The translations under genes were made by a program, and so were the position numbers. This document shows, piece by piece, positions 39,409-52,758 of a stretch of 64,000 nt of DNA (positions are counted from its first letter, which is position 1; every line of letters begins with the position of its first letter). Source of the stretch: Leucoraja erinacea. Taxonomy: Eukaryota. The notes beneath the pieces are model-generated. The model was given only the letters and a program-made list of their open reading frames with translations, made no database searches and was not told the origin of the DNA. The stretch spans positions 24,490,001 through 24,554,000 of the forward strand of contig NC_073397.1 in assembly GCF_028641065.1 (NCBI RefSeq), read 5' to 3'.

Positions 39409-42272
39409 GTGCTTCCTATCTCATTGATGTGCGTTTCCTCTCGCACTGAAATGATTATCTCACATTTTTAGCACAGTTCTTACTGTACAATGTATTGTTT
39501 AGGGCCATGGCACTTGCTCCACTTTACATACCAAAGGAATCTATAGGGTGGCATCAGATCCCATACAATGGACTTGATGGGTGGACTGAGTTCTTTCAGT
39601 GCTAATTTTAATTTGGTGCGACCAAACTGCACCTCAATCATCCAATTCATATTAGTTATTTGTAGAAAACAGCAGCATGTAGAGTTGGGCAGACTGTCTA
39701 CATACACCCCCCCCCCCCCCCCTCCCCCCCAATAGCAATTAAATGGAATCTTAATGACTTGGTTTATTGGTGACTGATGAAAAGGGGAGATGGCTGTTTA
39801 CATCTCGTTGATTTTCATTGTTAGATAGCTACAGAGTTTTAGAAGTGGTAGGGAGAAGTTATGTTTCAAGAAGGTGACTTAATTGAGATCACACAATTTC
39901 CAAAGACCTGAAAAATATTCAGTTCTGGGAAGGAGGTAAGGTAAGTATCACCATACAATCAAGTGTAGCACAGCGACCACCTCCAGCAAGAGAGAATATC
40001 TCTTCTGTCCATTGGTGCTCCAGAGTGTTGCTTTCACCAATCACTCAACATACATTTCCTGGGGCTGATCATTGGCCGGAGAAGTAACAAACTGGACAAC
40101 CACATAATTGTTGCAGCTGCTCTATTAGGTCAGATGTCAGGCAGGTGGGACAACATTTCTAATTCTCCTCAGGTTTTTCAACATTGATAGCTACAAATGA
40201 GGATCTTTAAAGTTGGGTGATGCTCCAGAACACATGAGAAGCTGGACGCCATCAAGGTTAATTGAGCCGAAGAGTTTGGCATCCTTTCCACCACCTTGAA
40301 CATTTCTACCTTCTACCACAGCATAGACCAGATGTAAAATGTACACTGCTTCTTTGAGAGGTTCGCTTAAAGTTAGGATATCTACCATTCCATAAGACAA
40401 AGTAGCAAGAAACAAGTTCATGGTGTCACCACCAGTGTATGGTAGCATCGTAAGGCATAGATTAATTCCATATGAGGAGCTTTTGAGACTTACTTGCAGA
40501 ATTAGTAAATACCTTATTACCCTTCAGCATGATCTAACATGGAGCCCACAGGCATGATCATCAGTGTATATGTCTCAATCCTGGAAGCTACATTTTAGGG
40601 TTGGGTCTGACCTAGTAAAAGTTCTGGTCTGCATCCCACAGAAAGACATTTTAACAGTAAGGTGGAAAGGGCTACAATACTCTGGTAAAATGTGACTGGC
40701 AAGGAAGGGGGTGATAGGGGTAACTTCAGCAAGGTTCTTGTCCTGATAACGTTCTTGGAGCTTAGTCTTATAACAAACTCCTTGCTCTGCCAAAGGAACA
40801 AGCACAATTGTCATGGTAAAATCCAGTTCAAAGCATTGGATCTGACTAGATTATGAAACATGAAGATGTCCACATCGCCCATGCCATTACAGGGTCTAAT
40901 GACTGCTTCACCTCAACCATCTACATCAAACTGGCCCCAAAACATCAGTGACAATATAAAGATGTTTGCAAGAAAATTGATGCTGAAAACTTTAAGGACC
41001 ACACAAAGGTAGCTGTTGAAAGCACCTCCGTTATAATTTGCAAGTCCCAGCCTACAGAAGCTACAAAACTAATAAGAGTTGCATAAGAAGAAAAAGACAA
41101 GATGATTACTTTTTTTCAGTGTATTGAAGGACTGATAATTGGGAGATTTAAGATTAAATTCTATCATAGAAAGTAGAGAGAGTTTCAATTCAGTAAATTA
41201 AATAATCCAAAATTGAATGCTAGTCTTAGTAACAGTGACCATAGATCTATTGAGTTGTTATTAAAAAAAGAACTTATTCGCTGAAATCATGGCACAATAA
41301 TTATTTTTTTAATTTGTAGGGAATGTTGTATTTTTCTTTATCAAAAGTTAAGTGAACAGCAGAATGAAGAAAGCAGCTAATGTGCATTTGTCAGATGGTA
41401 TTCACAAAGCACAATGCATTCTTATGCAACTATGGGAGATGGTACAATACAAGCTTGATTGGTACATTCTACCACTTGGAATTGATTATATCTCGACTCC
41501 GTCCTCAGCATCAAAAAAGAAACAGAATTCAAACATGAAATCAAGTTGTATAAGCACAGAATTCTTTCTGGTTGGTACAAAGGGAGGAACAGCGATGCAT
41601 CAGGTAGAGCTGATGCCTCACAGCTCCAATGACCCACTTCAATCCTGACTTCAGGTTCCGTGTGTCTGAAGTCCAGCACATTCCCTTTGTGAGCATGTGA
41701 GTTTTCTCTGGATGCTCCAGATTCCCCACTCATCCCAAAGATGCGCTGGGTGGAACGTTCATTTGCCAGGGTACATTGCCCTTATTAAGGAAGAAATCTG
41801 TTTGATTCTATGATGCTATCATTAATTCTGTTCACTGATGGAAGAAAACAATTTAGTGGAAGGAGAGTGTTAAATGTGAAACTTATGGAATATATCCTCA
41901 GCCTTTTCAGCATGCATTCACCACAGGTTGTACATTGATTGACATTGAGGTGCCCATTATCCTGTTATGGACATGCAGAATACTTAATCTGTTTAAATTG
42001 GACAATTCATGGTCTAGGTTTATTTGTCTTATTGTCACGTGTATCAAGGTACATTGAAAAGCTTTGTTTTGCATGTTATCCAAACAGATCAGATAGTATA
42101 CATAAGTACAATGAAAGTGGCATCACAAGTAAATATAGTTAAGAAGGCTTTCGATACATTGGCCTTCATCAGTTATGGTATGAGTATAGAAGTCGGGGTG
42201 TTATGTTACAAAAGAAAGACATCAAGTGCTGGTATCTCAGCAAGGCGGGCAGCATCTTTGGAGAAAAATGAT

Positions 42273-42308
42273 GGGTGACGTTTCATGTAGGGACCCTTCA
42301 TCAGACTG
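42273..42308 (-). ncRNA. Hammerhead motif, core intact, stem II disrupted
   Basis: Reverse complement: AGU-CUGAUGA-agggucccuacau-GAAAC-GUC-ACC. Confidence 0.45.
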
Positions 42309-42940
42309 AAAGTAGGGGAGGAGTGGGTGAAGAGTTGGAGATGAGAAAAGACCAGCATCAATCATGTTCATCCACAAATGACCTCAGGCAGGGCGATGCC
42401 TATTGGATCCATTGTTGACAAGGGAAGTTGTTATGTTACAGTTGTACAAGTTGGTGAGGCTGCATTTGGTGTGTTGTGTTCAGTTTTGCTGCTATGGGAA
42501 GGATGTTGTTAAGCTAGAAATAGTTCAGAGAAGATTTGCAAGGATGTTGCCAGGATGCAAAGGGGAATAGATAGGGTAAATGTCTAGTGTATTTTACCCA
42601 GAGTATGGGAATCAAGAACCAGAGGACATGGGTTTAAGGTGAGAGGGGGAAGGTCTAGCCTGCTCAACCTCTCCCTGTAGCTCAGACCTTCGAGTCCTGG
42701 TAAGATCTTCGTAAATCTTTTCTGTACTTTTTCCAGCTAAACAACATCCTTCCCGTAGCAGGGTAACCAAAACTGAACACAATATTACAAATGACGACAT
42801 TGGTTTAAGGTGAGAGGAGAAAAATTTAATAGGAATCTAGAGGACAACTATTTCACACTGAGTGTGCTGGGTTTATGGAACGAGCTGCCAGAGGAGGTAG
42901 TTGAGGCAGGTACTACAACAGCAGTTAAAAGACAATTGGA

Positions 42941-43953
42941 TGTTAAATCTAATACACAAGATTATAGGACTAGGGAACCAGAAATCCTTGATGAATGTTT
43001 GAATAAACATTCTAATACAGAAACATTAATAACTTATATTTATAACACCCTCTTAAATAACGAGGTCCCAGCGATGGAATTATATACACACATGGGAAAA
43101 TGAATTAGGCCAACCTATAACGAAAGATATTTGGGATGAAAGTCTACAATATATACATCAATGCTCGTTAAATGCCAGGCATGCTTTAATACAATTTAAA
43201 GTATTACACAGATTACATTCAAACAAAACTAACTAGAATCTTCCCACATATCTCTCCTATCTGTGACAAATGTCAACATCTAGAGGCTAACTTAAAACAT
43301 TCTTTTGTAAATTGTATAAAAATCAAAAATTTCTGGATTGATATTTTTAGAATAATTTCTGAAATTGTCAATACTAAATTGGATCCCGATTCAAAACTAA
43401 TAATACTTGGAATATCAGACCAAAGTCTAACACTTACAACAAGCCAAATAAACCTTCTCGACTACAGTATAATAACTGGGAAAAAATTAATATTAAAATT
43501 TTGGAAAGGCCCTATAACCCCCACAATTAAAATGTGGATTATGGAAATGTCGGAGACCCTACACCTGGAAAGAACCCGACTTGTCTTAATGGACCAACAA
43601 GAACTTTTTGTTAGAATATGGTCTCCATTCATGGACTATTTGAAGGGGTAGATTGGTTCAACATGGGAACCTAACTGAAGCTTGAACTCGGGATTAGATG
43701 AAAAGTTATACTTTATAATTTATGAACCTATCTCCAATGATGTATTATTAGTAACTCATTCCATTCTTTTTTTTTAAATCTTGACATTAGTGGGGTTTTT
43801 TCTCTTACTTTCTTACTCTCTATCTATAAAAATAAAAAATAAACTAGAAGCAGAATCAATCCACAATTGATAATATTAATAATGTACGACTGATATACAT
43901 GAAATGTTTTTTACCATAATATGTGTTTGCTTCTAATAAAAATATTATTGAAA
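42941..43953 (+). mobile_element. 5'-truncated L1 (LINE-1 clade) with 14-bp TSD
   Basis: CDKC...H...C zinc knuckle, KKLILKFWK...IWSPFMDYL, AATAAA and A-tail; TSD AAAAGACAATTGGA (42927-42940, 43954-43967) at TT/AAAA. Confidence 0.9.
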
Positions 43954-44227
43954 AAAAGACAATTGGACATTTACATGGATTGGAAAGGATTAGAGGGATA
44001 TGGGCCAAATGTGGGCAGGTGGAGCTATTGTAAGTGTGGAGTCTTAGTCGGCATGGACAAGTTAGGCCAAATGTCCTGTTTCCATTGCTATATGACTTGA
44101 TGAATCCATGACTATGACTAAGTCAAATTCATGAACAATAAATAAAATAAAGGGGAAGGTACAGAGTGCAGAAGGTAGTTCTCAGCTTCGTAGCACATTG
44201 GCTCCATAGACAAAGTCCAATATCCAC

Positions 44228-46422
44228 TGGACCTTGACCCACTGCAGTTCGCTTACCGCCACAACAGATCAACGGTGGATGCAATCTCGCTGGGCCTCCA
44301 CTCCGCACTGGACCACTTGGACAACAAAAACTCGTATGTCAGGCTGTTATTCATTGAATACAGCTCGGCATTCAACACAAATATCCCCTCCAAACTGGTT
44401 ACCAAACTCGCAGAATTGGGTCTCTGCGCATCCCTCTGCAACTGGATCCTCGACTTCCTCATCCACAGACCACAGTCTGTTCGTATTGGTGGAAATGTGT
44501 CAGCCTCGATAACAATCAGCACGGGAGCACCTCAAGGCTGTGTGCTCAGCCCCCTGCTGTACTCACTCTATACCCATACTGCGTAGCCAACCACAGTGCG
44601 AACTCCATCATCAAGTTCGCCAACGACACCACTATTGTGGGGCGTATCACTGATGGGGATGAGTCAGAATATAGAAGGGAGATCGAGCAACTGTCCTTAT
44701 GGTGCCAGCGCAATAACCTGGCCCTCAACACCAGCAAAACCAAGGAACTGATTGTGGACTTTGGAAGGAGTAGGAGGGGGACCCACAGCCCCATTTATAT
44801 CAATGGGTCGATGGTTGAAAGGGTCAAGAATTTCAAATTCCTGGGCTTGCACATCTCTGAAGATCTTTCCTGGTCTGAGAACACTAACGCAATTATCAAA
44901 AAAGCTCATCAGCACCTGTACTTCCTGAGAGGAATACGGAGAGTCGGTTTGTCAAGGAAGACTTTCTCTAAGTTCTACAGGTGCACAGTAGAGAGCATGC
45001 TGACCGGTTGCATCGTGGCTTGGTTCGGCAATTTGAGAGCCCTGGAGAGGAAAAGACTACAAAAAGATGGTGGATGTGCAGGAGTGGGCACCGTCTGTGT
45101 ATGGCTGTGTATGGCAGCCTGCCTGCAGTCCGTCTCTACACCTTTTTAAAATTTTATTTTATCTTGTCCTGTTAAAAAATGTTAGTGGAGGTCTTCTATG
45201 TGGGGGGTGGGGGTAGCGAAGGGGGAAACTTTATTTCTTAGTCATCTACCTGGTCGGAGAGGCAGCATCCTTCCAAGCTGCTTTTTTGCCCCGTCCTCGC
45301 GGCCTACCATCGAGAATGGAGCGGCATTTCCTGTCGGGACCGGCTGGGACTACAACTTCGGCAGCGGTTGCGCAACGCTGGGATACCAACGCGGAGCGGG
45401 CGATGCCTTACCGGGTCGCCCTTACGGAAGGGTCCGGAGCGCTTTGGCCGTCGATCCCAACCTCACGGAGCTGGGGTTGCGGGCGTCCGGCCATGGACGG
45501 CGCTGGATTTGTAGCGCCGCAGAGCCAGGGATCGAGTTTGCCAGGGTCGGAGCTCCAACCGGCGCGTCCTGAGGACTACGAGTGCCTCGGTCTCCAGGGA
45601 GGAGGCAGCCGCTCCAGATTTTTCCAAGCCGCTGAGGAATGTTTCACCCGATGCCGAAGTTCCATCTTCACGGCAAGAGGGCCCTGAAAATCATCGGACT
45701 GGCTGCAAGGCCACAAATGGCCCCCGACCTCGGGCGTTTCACAGAGGAAGAGGACTTCACTTTCTGGTGCCTTTCCCCACAGTGGAAATTTTTGATTCTG
45801 CTGTGGGGGGACGTTTGTGTTGAACTCTATAATGTGTCCATTTTATTCATTTTTTTTAACCTTTTTATGGTTTGTATGGAAACTTATTATTTAATTTATG
45901 TAAAGCACTTTGGTGTCAATGCGAGTTGACGTAAAACGTGTTCTATAAATAAAACTTACTTACTTACTTACAAAAAGTAGTAAACACTGCCCAGTCCATC
46001 ATCGGCTCTGACCTTCCTTCCATCGAGGGGATTTATCGCAGTCGCTGCCTCAAAAAGGCTGGCAGTATCATCAAAGACCCACACCATCCTGGCCACACAC
46101 TCATCTCCCTGCTACCTTCAGGTAGAAGGTATAAGAGCCTGAAGACGGCAACAACCAGGTTCAGGAATAGCTACTTCCCCACAGCCATCAGGCTATTAAA
46201 CCTGGCTCGGTAAAACTCTGATTATTAATAACCACTTTCTGCTATTTGCACTTTATCAGTTTATTTATTCATGTGTGTATATATTTATATCATGGTATAT
46301 GGACACATGTATCTGTTTTGTAGTAAATGCCTACTATTTTCTGTGTGCTTAAGCAAAGCAAGAATTTCATTGTCCTATACAGGGACACATGACAATAAAC
46401 TCACTTGAACTTGAACTTGAAC
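44228..46422 (+). mobile_element. Rex1/Babar LINE, RT to 3' end, interrupted at 45067-45968
   Basis: [40 protein letters not shown]; (CTTGAA)n tail. Confidence 0.9.
45067..45968 (+). mobile_element. Non-autonomous retroelement with L2-type 3' tail
   Basis: TGTAAAGCACTTTG...CTATAAATAAAA(CTTA)n; TSD TACAAAAAG at 45058-45066 and 45969-45977; GC-rich body. Confidence 0.75.
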
Positions 46423-46449
46423 CTTGGATAGATGTGAAAACACAATCTG

Positions 46450-47012
46450 GGTTATGGAAGGAGCATTTAGAATCTTGATAACAGAGGGGATGAGGTTGTT
46501 CCTGAATCTGGTGGTGCAGGCTTTCAAGCTTCTGTCCTTTCATCCAAATGGGAACAGGGAGAAGAATGAATGACTGGGGTGAGACAAGTCTTTGATTATT
46601 TTGCTTGCTTTTCTGAGGCAGCATGAAGTGCAGATGGAGTTAATGGTAGGAACCATGGTCTGTGGGATGGACTGCACTACATCTATAACCCTCTGCAATT
46701 TCCTGTGGTCCTGGGCGAGTTGTTCCCAAACCATGATGCAACAGTATGTTGTTCCTGTACATCTGCAGAAGTTTGTTGGAGCCACTGGAGACATGCCAAA
46801 TTTCCTCAATTTCCTCAGGAAGCAGGGGCATTGATGTTCTTGGCTGTTGCTTCAATTCAGTTTGTGAACCACAGATTGTCCGTAATATTAATGCCAAGGA
46901 ACCTGAAGTCATTACCACTTCAGCACCATTGATGCTGATTGGGGCATGTACTCCACCATGCTTCCTGAAGTTGATAACTAGCTCTTCCATCTTGCTGACA
47001 TTGAGGGAGAGA
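46450..47012 (-). mobile_element. Older Rex1/Babar fragment
   Basis: EELVINFRK...INGAEV; CLRKASKIIKDLSHPSHSFFSL. Confidence 0.75.
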
Positions 47013-47399
47013 TCAACGTTCTATTAGAAATGTATTATTACTGTACATGTTTCCAAGTGACTGGAATATCTAGAGAAGCAACAGAAATAGCATGGAATAA
47101 TCAGAGCTAAGTAATTCCACAATCAATGGATCAGGTCAGGACTCTCTAATGCTGATATATATATTTATGAAAGGTGGTGGATAATTAAACAGCTAAGAAG
47201 GGAAGTGTCCAAAACATCAGCATTCTCTGCAGTGGAGACGCCCAGCATAAGAGCCCTAACGTTAAGGCTAAAACATTTGTGGCCTCATCTTTTGTGTTCC
47301 CACGTTGGCTGTTCATCCAGAGGTACCAACTGGGTGATTCTTTTTCACTTCTTGAGATCTCCATGATGGATAGGACAATATTCAGCCAATTCAATTCAC

Positions 47400-47895
47400 T
47401 CCATGTGATAACAAGAATTAGGTTAGAACATTGGAGGCAACCAAGACTATGAAGCTCGACAACACACCAGCTGTGATGCTAAGGACCTAAGCTCCAAAAC
47501 TGAACGTGCAACTGGCCAAGATATTCTACTACAAGGATAACATTTTCATCTGCTTGACAATGTGGAAAATTGTCTGACTATGTCCTGTCAATAAAAATCG
47601 GAGCAAATACAATTTAGTTCATTTCTGCTCCATCAGTCTACTCTCAATCATTGGCATGAAGATGAAATGTATTGTCAACAGGGTTATCATTCAACATTTA
47701 CTTTCCCACAACGATGTTCAACATGAGTTAGCCAGGACCGCTTGGCTCCAAATCTCATCACAGCCTTGGACCAAAGCGCGGAATTCCAGAAGGGAGGTGA
47801 AAGCGGTTACTCTTGGCATTAGTGTTCAAGAAGGAACTGCAGATGCTGGAAGATCGTGTACTCTTGGTATTAAATTGGCATTTGACAAAGTGCAC
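47400..47895 (+). mobile_element. Ancient CR1/L2-group RT fragment
   Basis: Degenerate WKI..CPV.K...ISLLSII and KxAFDKV motifs. Confidence 0.55.
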
Positions 47896-48351
47896 CTATT
47901 TTCTATGTATCTATGTTTAAAATTAATCATTCAGATCAATTATGTCTTCTGGTTTTGTTCAGATTTCTAGTAGTTCTTTGTTTTTCCATGCCTTTGTAAA
48001 TAGGGCTACATTTCATGTGCAGGTGAAGGATAATTGTTCATTTCTATTTTGGAGGGAAATGGAAGTGTGCTCAGGCTTTATTGGACATTCTCTCTCTGTG
48101 TCCCTTGGGATGGACTCACTGACAAGTAAACAATGAGTAGAAGTCCACTAGTCACATCCTGTCCCTTCCAAATGTGTATGATTAGATTTCCACTCTATTT
48201 CTACTCTATTGAATTTCATCCATCTCTTCACATCACCATCATGATGTCGTGAGCCTTAAAAAAGTCACTGTAAACGCCAATTACATAGAAGCTCAGGGGT
48301 GAACTGCATGCACCAATATGCTGACCTCTTGTACTGTACATACCATTGTAC

Positions 48352-48518
48352 TTTGGAGAAAAGGAATAGGTGATGTTTCACGTCTGACTGAAGAAGAGTC
48401 TCGACCCAAAACGTCACCTATTTATTTTCTCCAGTTACTGCCTGACCTGCTGAGTTACTCCAGTATTTTGTGTCTATCTTTGGTGTAAACCAGCACCTGC
48501 AGTTCCTTCCTACACATC
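48352..48518 (+). mobile_element. Penelope-type repeat with short 5' inversion and 9-bp TSD
   Basis: CCATTGTAC at 48343-48351 and 48519-48527; hammerhead GAAA changed to AAAA. Confidence 0.7.
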
Positions 48519-49629
48519 CCATTGTACCCTGTTCCTTTGTCTGCATCACAATTGGAAGGTGAGCTGTGAGTTGTGAGAGGCATTACAGGTAGATCTCTGG
48601 ATAATTTGCATTTGATTCTACGATACAAGGGGTATCCTTGCATTTACGAATATAATATACATAGTCCTACAAGTAACTGCTAAAGTTTATTTCACATTAG
48701 CTATTTGGAATTTCACAATTTGTGTTGTTTCAGTCGGGAAGTTACAAATTAATGTAACATCGAACATGTTCGATTCTTTCTTGTTCTTTCTTGAACAATT
48801 CTTTCTTGTTTTTCTCACATAGGCTGCCAGCAAAATGCTGGTCGATCAAATGCACAGTAGGTGTTGGTCTTGCTCTTAAAACACTGAATAGTCTTCTCAT
48901 GCCAATGTCTATCTTTGATCCAGATCGACATTCAAAAACCTTTAATTTATCAATGTCTGAAGCTCACTAAAGTGAGCATCCTTGACATTTGTTTGTATTC
49001 TACCTGACTGAGATTTTGTGTGTCGATTTCTGTCAGAGTAAAAACACAGTCTCCAAGTCAACCACATTTAAATGCCGTTACTCAGCTAAATGTTAGAATC
49101 TGATTGATTTCCACCGTGTCATGTGGTTCAATGAATTATATTTATGAGCTCATAACCATATATGATTCTTATTGAAATGATGAATATTATTGGTCCAATT
49201 GTGATTCCAGAGAATCTTCTCTTCCCCTGGCTTCTCAATTTTCCATATAAATATGAAACTGGCCCAATCTGAGTAGTCAAATCAATTATTTTTCCCATTA
49301 AAATGCTCAGCAAGGTTTCACACTTATTTCAGACATCAGTCTTGGAAATCTGCTTCATCGGTGAGGGTCTGCAGATCATTATCAATGCTGAGGATGTGGA
49401 ACCTTGCATCCATGGTACAGAAGGACATTGAGTTGTGAATTGCAGATCAGATGGGCGTCTGTGACATTTGATTTATATCTTGATTGCCTTCAACAATTGT
49501 GTTTTCCATAACTTAAAAGAGTTACGCAACATCATGTCTATTGCAGAAAAGAAAATTATAAAAATGGAAGAAAATGAAAATGATGAAGATCCGAAATAAA
49601 AACAATTGGGAAACATTAAATCAAATGTA

Positions 49630-50300
49630 TAGAACATGAAACATTGAACAGTATATGAACTTGAACAGGTACTTTGGCCTCCAATGACTGTGCTGACTAT
49701 GGTGTCGAGTTAGACTAATCTCATCTGCCTGTAAATGGTCTATATCCTTTCCTTTACTTTCCTACTCATGTGTCTGCCTAAATGCCCCTTAAAAGTCACA
49801 ATCATATTTGCTTCCACAACTTCTGCGGGCAGTGCATTCCGGGCACTTAACATTTTATGTGTAAACATTTTACATCGTATATATCCTTTAAACTTTTCCC
49901 CCCATCACCCCAAACATATATCATCCAGTATTTGATATTTCCATCGTGGGAAAAAGACTATATTCACTATCTATACCTCACATTGTTTTATACACTTCTA
50001 CTATGTCATCGCTTAGCATTCGACACTCCAGAGAGAACAACCCAGGTTTGTCCAAACTCTCCTTATGGCTCATACCCTCCAATTCAGGCAACAACCTGGA
50101 GAATCCCTATATACTTTTCTATATGGTTGTAATATTCAAGCTAAACTTTATATTCAATACCTTGACAGATGAAGGCAATATACCATAAGCCTTCTTTACT
50201 AGCCAATCCACTTATGTTGCCACTTTCAGCAAGCTATAGACTGAAAATCCAAGATCCCTCTGTATATCAATGCCACAAAAGGTCATGCCATTCATTGTAC
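49630..50300 (-). mobile_element. Old CR1 3' fragment
   Basis: Degenerate match to CR1 tails. Confidence 0.65.
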
Positions 50301-51050
50301 ACATTCCAATGTAAGGGATTTGGAAAAGCTCAGTTGGTCAGGCAGTATATGTGGGAAAATAAATAGTTAATGTGTTTTTTTTTACCAATAAATATTCTCC
50401 AAATCTCATTATTCTATTGTGGCAATCATAACAGTCTTAGACCTAATGTAGATATGGTGGTTACAAATCCACTGCTCCTTGTTACAAATGCTGGCCTTGT
50501 CCTTCGATTCCAATGTATGGAAAATTATGAGCATCATGTAATATTCAGTGGTACCTTGTGAGGTCATGCCAATGGCACGGGATCTCACAAAATTCTACAC
50601 TACACTAACTCATTACACAGCAACAAAGCCACAGTCCCCGTCTGATGCAGGTGTCAAACCTGTCAAAAAAGTAATTCCTCAAATTAATAAAATCCAACAT
50701 AGAAACAAAGGAAATAGGTGCAAGGGTAGACCATTCGGCCCTTCGAGCCAGCACCATTCAATATGTGATGGTTGATTATCCAAAATCAGTACCCCGTTCC
50801 TACTTTCTCCCCATATCCCGTGATTCCGTTTGCCTTATGAGCTATATCTAACTCTCTTGAAAACATCCAGTGAATTGGCCACTGCAATCTGTGGCAGCAA
50901 ATTCCACAGATTCCACAATTAAAAAATCTTCAAATTATTATCTCCATAAAAATGACCATAATTAAAATGCTTCAAAAAAGTTCTGAATGTGAAACAAATT
51001 GACATCATTCGCTACACTGAATGCAAAACAATGTGAATTTTTCTAACCCA

Positions 51051-51599
51051 AGGGCCTGTCCCACTGCAGTGACCTAATTGGCAAGTTTAGAAGAGTTTAA
51101 GAGAGTTTGAAAAAGTGTCATGTTGAAGACCTCCTTCGACCATGTAGAAGAACTCCTTGGACCATGTAGAAGACCTCCTTCGACTATGTTGAAGACTAGC
51201 TTCCACTAGCTTTGGAAAAATTGGACATTGAATATTGGAGAGTGAAGACGACCTCTTTCGTTCTCCTTCGACCTCCCTTCGATTATTTTGAAGACTATCT
51301 ACGATTACGTTGGACTACCCTCGATTACCCATGAACAACATGCCAACCTATTATGACCTACTTCGACTAAACCTATAAATAAAATAAAATTGATTTTTTT
51401 CTATGGCGACCTTTTTTACTCGCATGTTGAAATATATGCCGCGACCTAGCTGAGGCCGCAAGTCCGCGGGGGCTACTCTCGAGCATGAAGGAGAGTTACA
51501 AAGACCTCCAACGACCTTGTGTCGACCGTGCTGCGAGTATGAGTCGAGGGCAAACTCTTCTAAACTCTCCAATTAGGACGCCGCAGTGGGACAGGCCCT
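51051..51599. mobile_element. Harbinger-like MITE
   Basis: TIRs AGGGCCTGTCCCACTGC / GCAGTGGGACAGGCCCT; internal CCTCCTTCGAC repeats. Confidence 0.85.
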
Positions 51600-51644
51600 T
51601 CAGTATTTCCCTCATAACAGCTTCCCACCATTCAAATGATCGAT

Positions 51645-51965
51645 TGATTGAATTGATTGAAAGATACAGCATGGAAATAGGCTCTTCAGCCCACCAAGTC
51701 CATGCTGACCATCGGTCACTTGTTCATGCTAGTTCTGTTTTTGCACATTTGCATCCACTCCCTACACCCCAATTTACCATGGTAGTTCACAAAGGCAATT
51801 AACCTACAAACCCACAAATCTTAGGAATGTGGGAAGAAATCAGAGCACCCAGAGGAAAATCATGAGTTCCCAGGGAGATTGTGCAAACATTGAGCACTTG
51901 AGGTCAGGACGGAAGTCAGAACTCTGCTGTTAAGAGGCAGCTCTACCAACTGCGCCGTCGTGCTG
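51645..51965 (-). mobile_element. V-SINE
   Basis: V-domain and tRNA-like head in reverse. Confidence 0.7.
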
Positions 51966-52547
51966 CCTGTGATGCTTTTGGAGATGCTGTTGCAGGTCTA
52001 ATTTGGCACAGGTTCCGGCAGCTATCCCTGCAAAAATGCTGTGGGATTACAACCACTTTATGTCCCATTGTTCGGGTCCATGAGAAATCTAATATCAGAG
52101 CATTGTTTGGAAGAGAATAGGCTGGCAAAGAACAGTCAACAAATTAAGGACTTCTACATTGGCAGGGAAACCAAAAACTGGTACCACTCACACTTTGGCT
52201 AAATTCACAGATTTTTCATGGAATACAGATGTCGGCCACAGTCTGCAGGATCAAAAATGTTGTGATTTAGTTCTTGGTTTCATTGATTTCAGTTTTAATT
52301 TCAGGTCTCAAGTTTTTGCATTGTTATTTTCTTTCACCTACCCTTAAATATAGAATATCATCAGAACTTCCAGAGCAAATACATTTTCCCACCAAAGATA
52401 GATAGGACTATCCTTTGTATATAAAGGTTAGGTTTCACCAATTTAGTTTTGGTGAAATTCACCCCTCCAACGGAATCCATCATGGAGCAGAATTATTCTA
52501 AATTTGGGTTGAGCCATAAGGTCTCTGTGGCTCGACATAATTCCTTG

Positions 52548-52758
52548 GACAGGCACAAAATGCTGGGGTAACTCAGCAGGACAGGCAGCATCTCTGGATA
52601 GAAGGAATGGGTGACGTTTTGGGTCAAGACTTGAAGAAGGGTTATTGACCAAAAATGTCTCGCATTCCTTCTATCCAGAGATGCTGCCTGTCCCACTGAG
52701 TTACTCCAGCATTTTGTGTCTATCTTCGGTGTAAACTAGCATCTGCAGTTCCTTCCTA
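52548..52758. mobile_element. Fold-back Penelope-type repeat
   Basis: CACAAAATGCTGG...GGGTCAAG / ...CCAGCATTTTGTG inverted arms; flanks ATAATTCCTT / ATAGTTCCTT. Confidence 0.75.

Larger units (their letters stand above)
42125..44120 (+). mobile_element. CR1 3' region with nested insertions (Penelope-type repeat, inverted CR1 piece, L1)
   Basis: KKAFDTLAFIS, LWNELPEEVVEAG, (ATGACT)n tail. Confidence 0.75.

Noticed and set aside
48822-49440. Two plus-strand exon candidates
   Set aside because: Good acceptors but weak donors and several equally plausible frames; not listed as features
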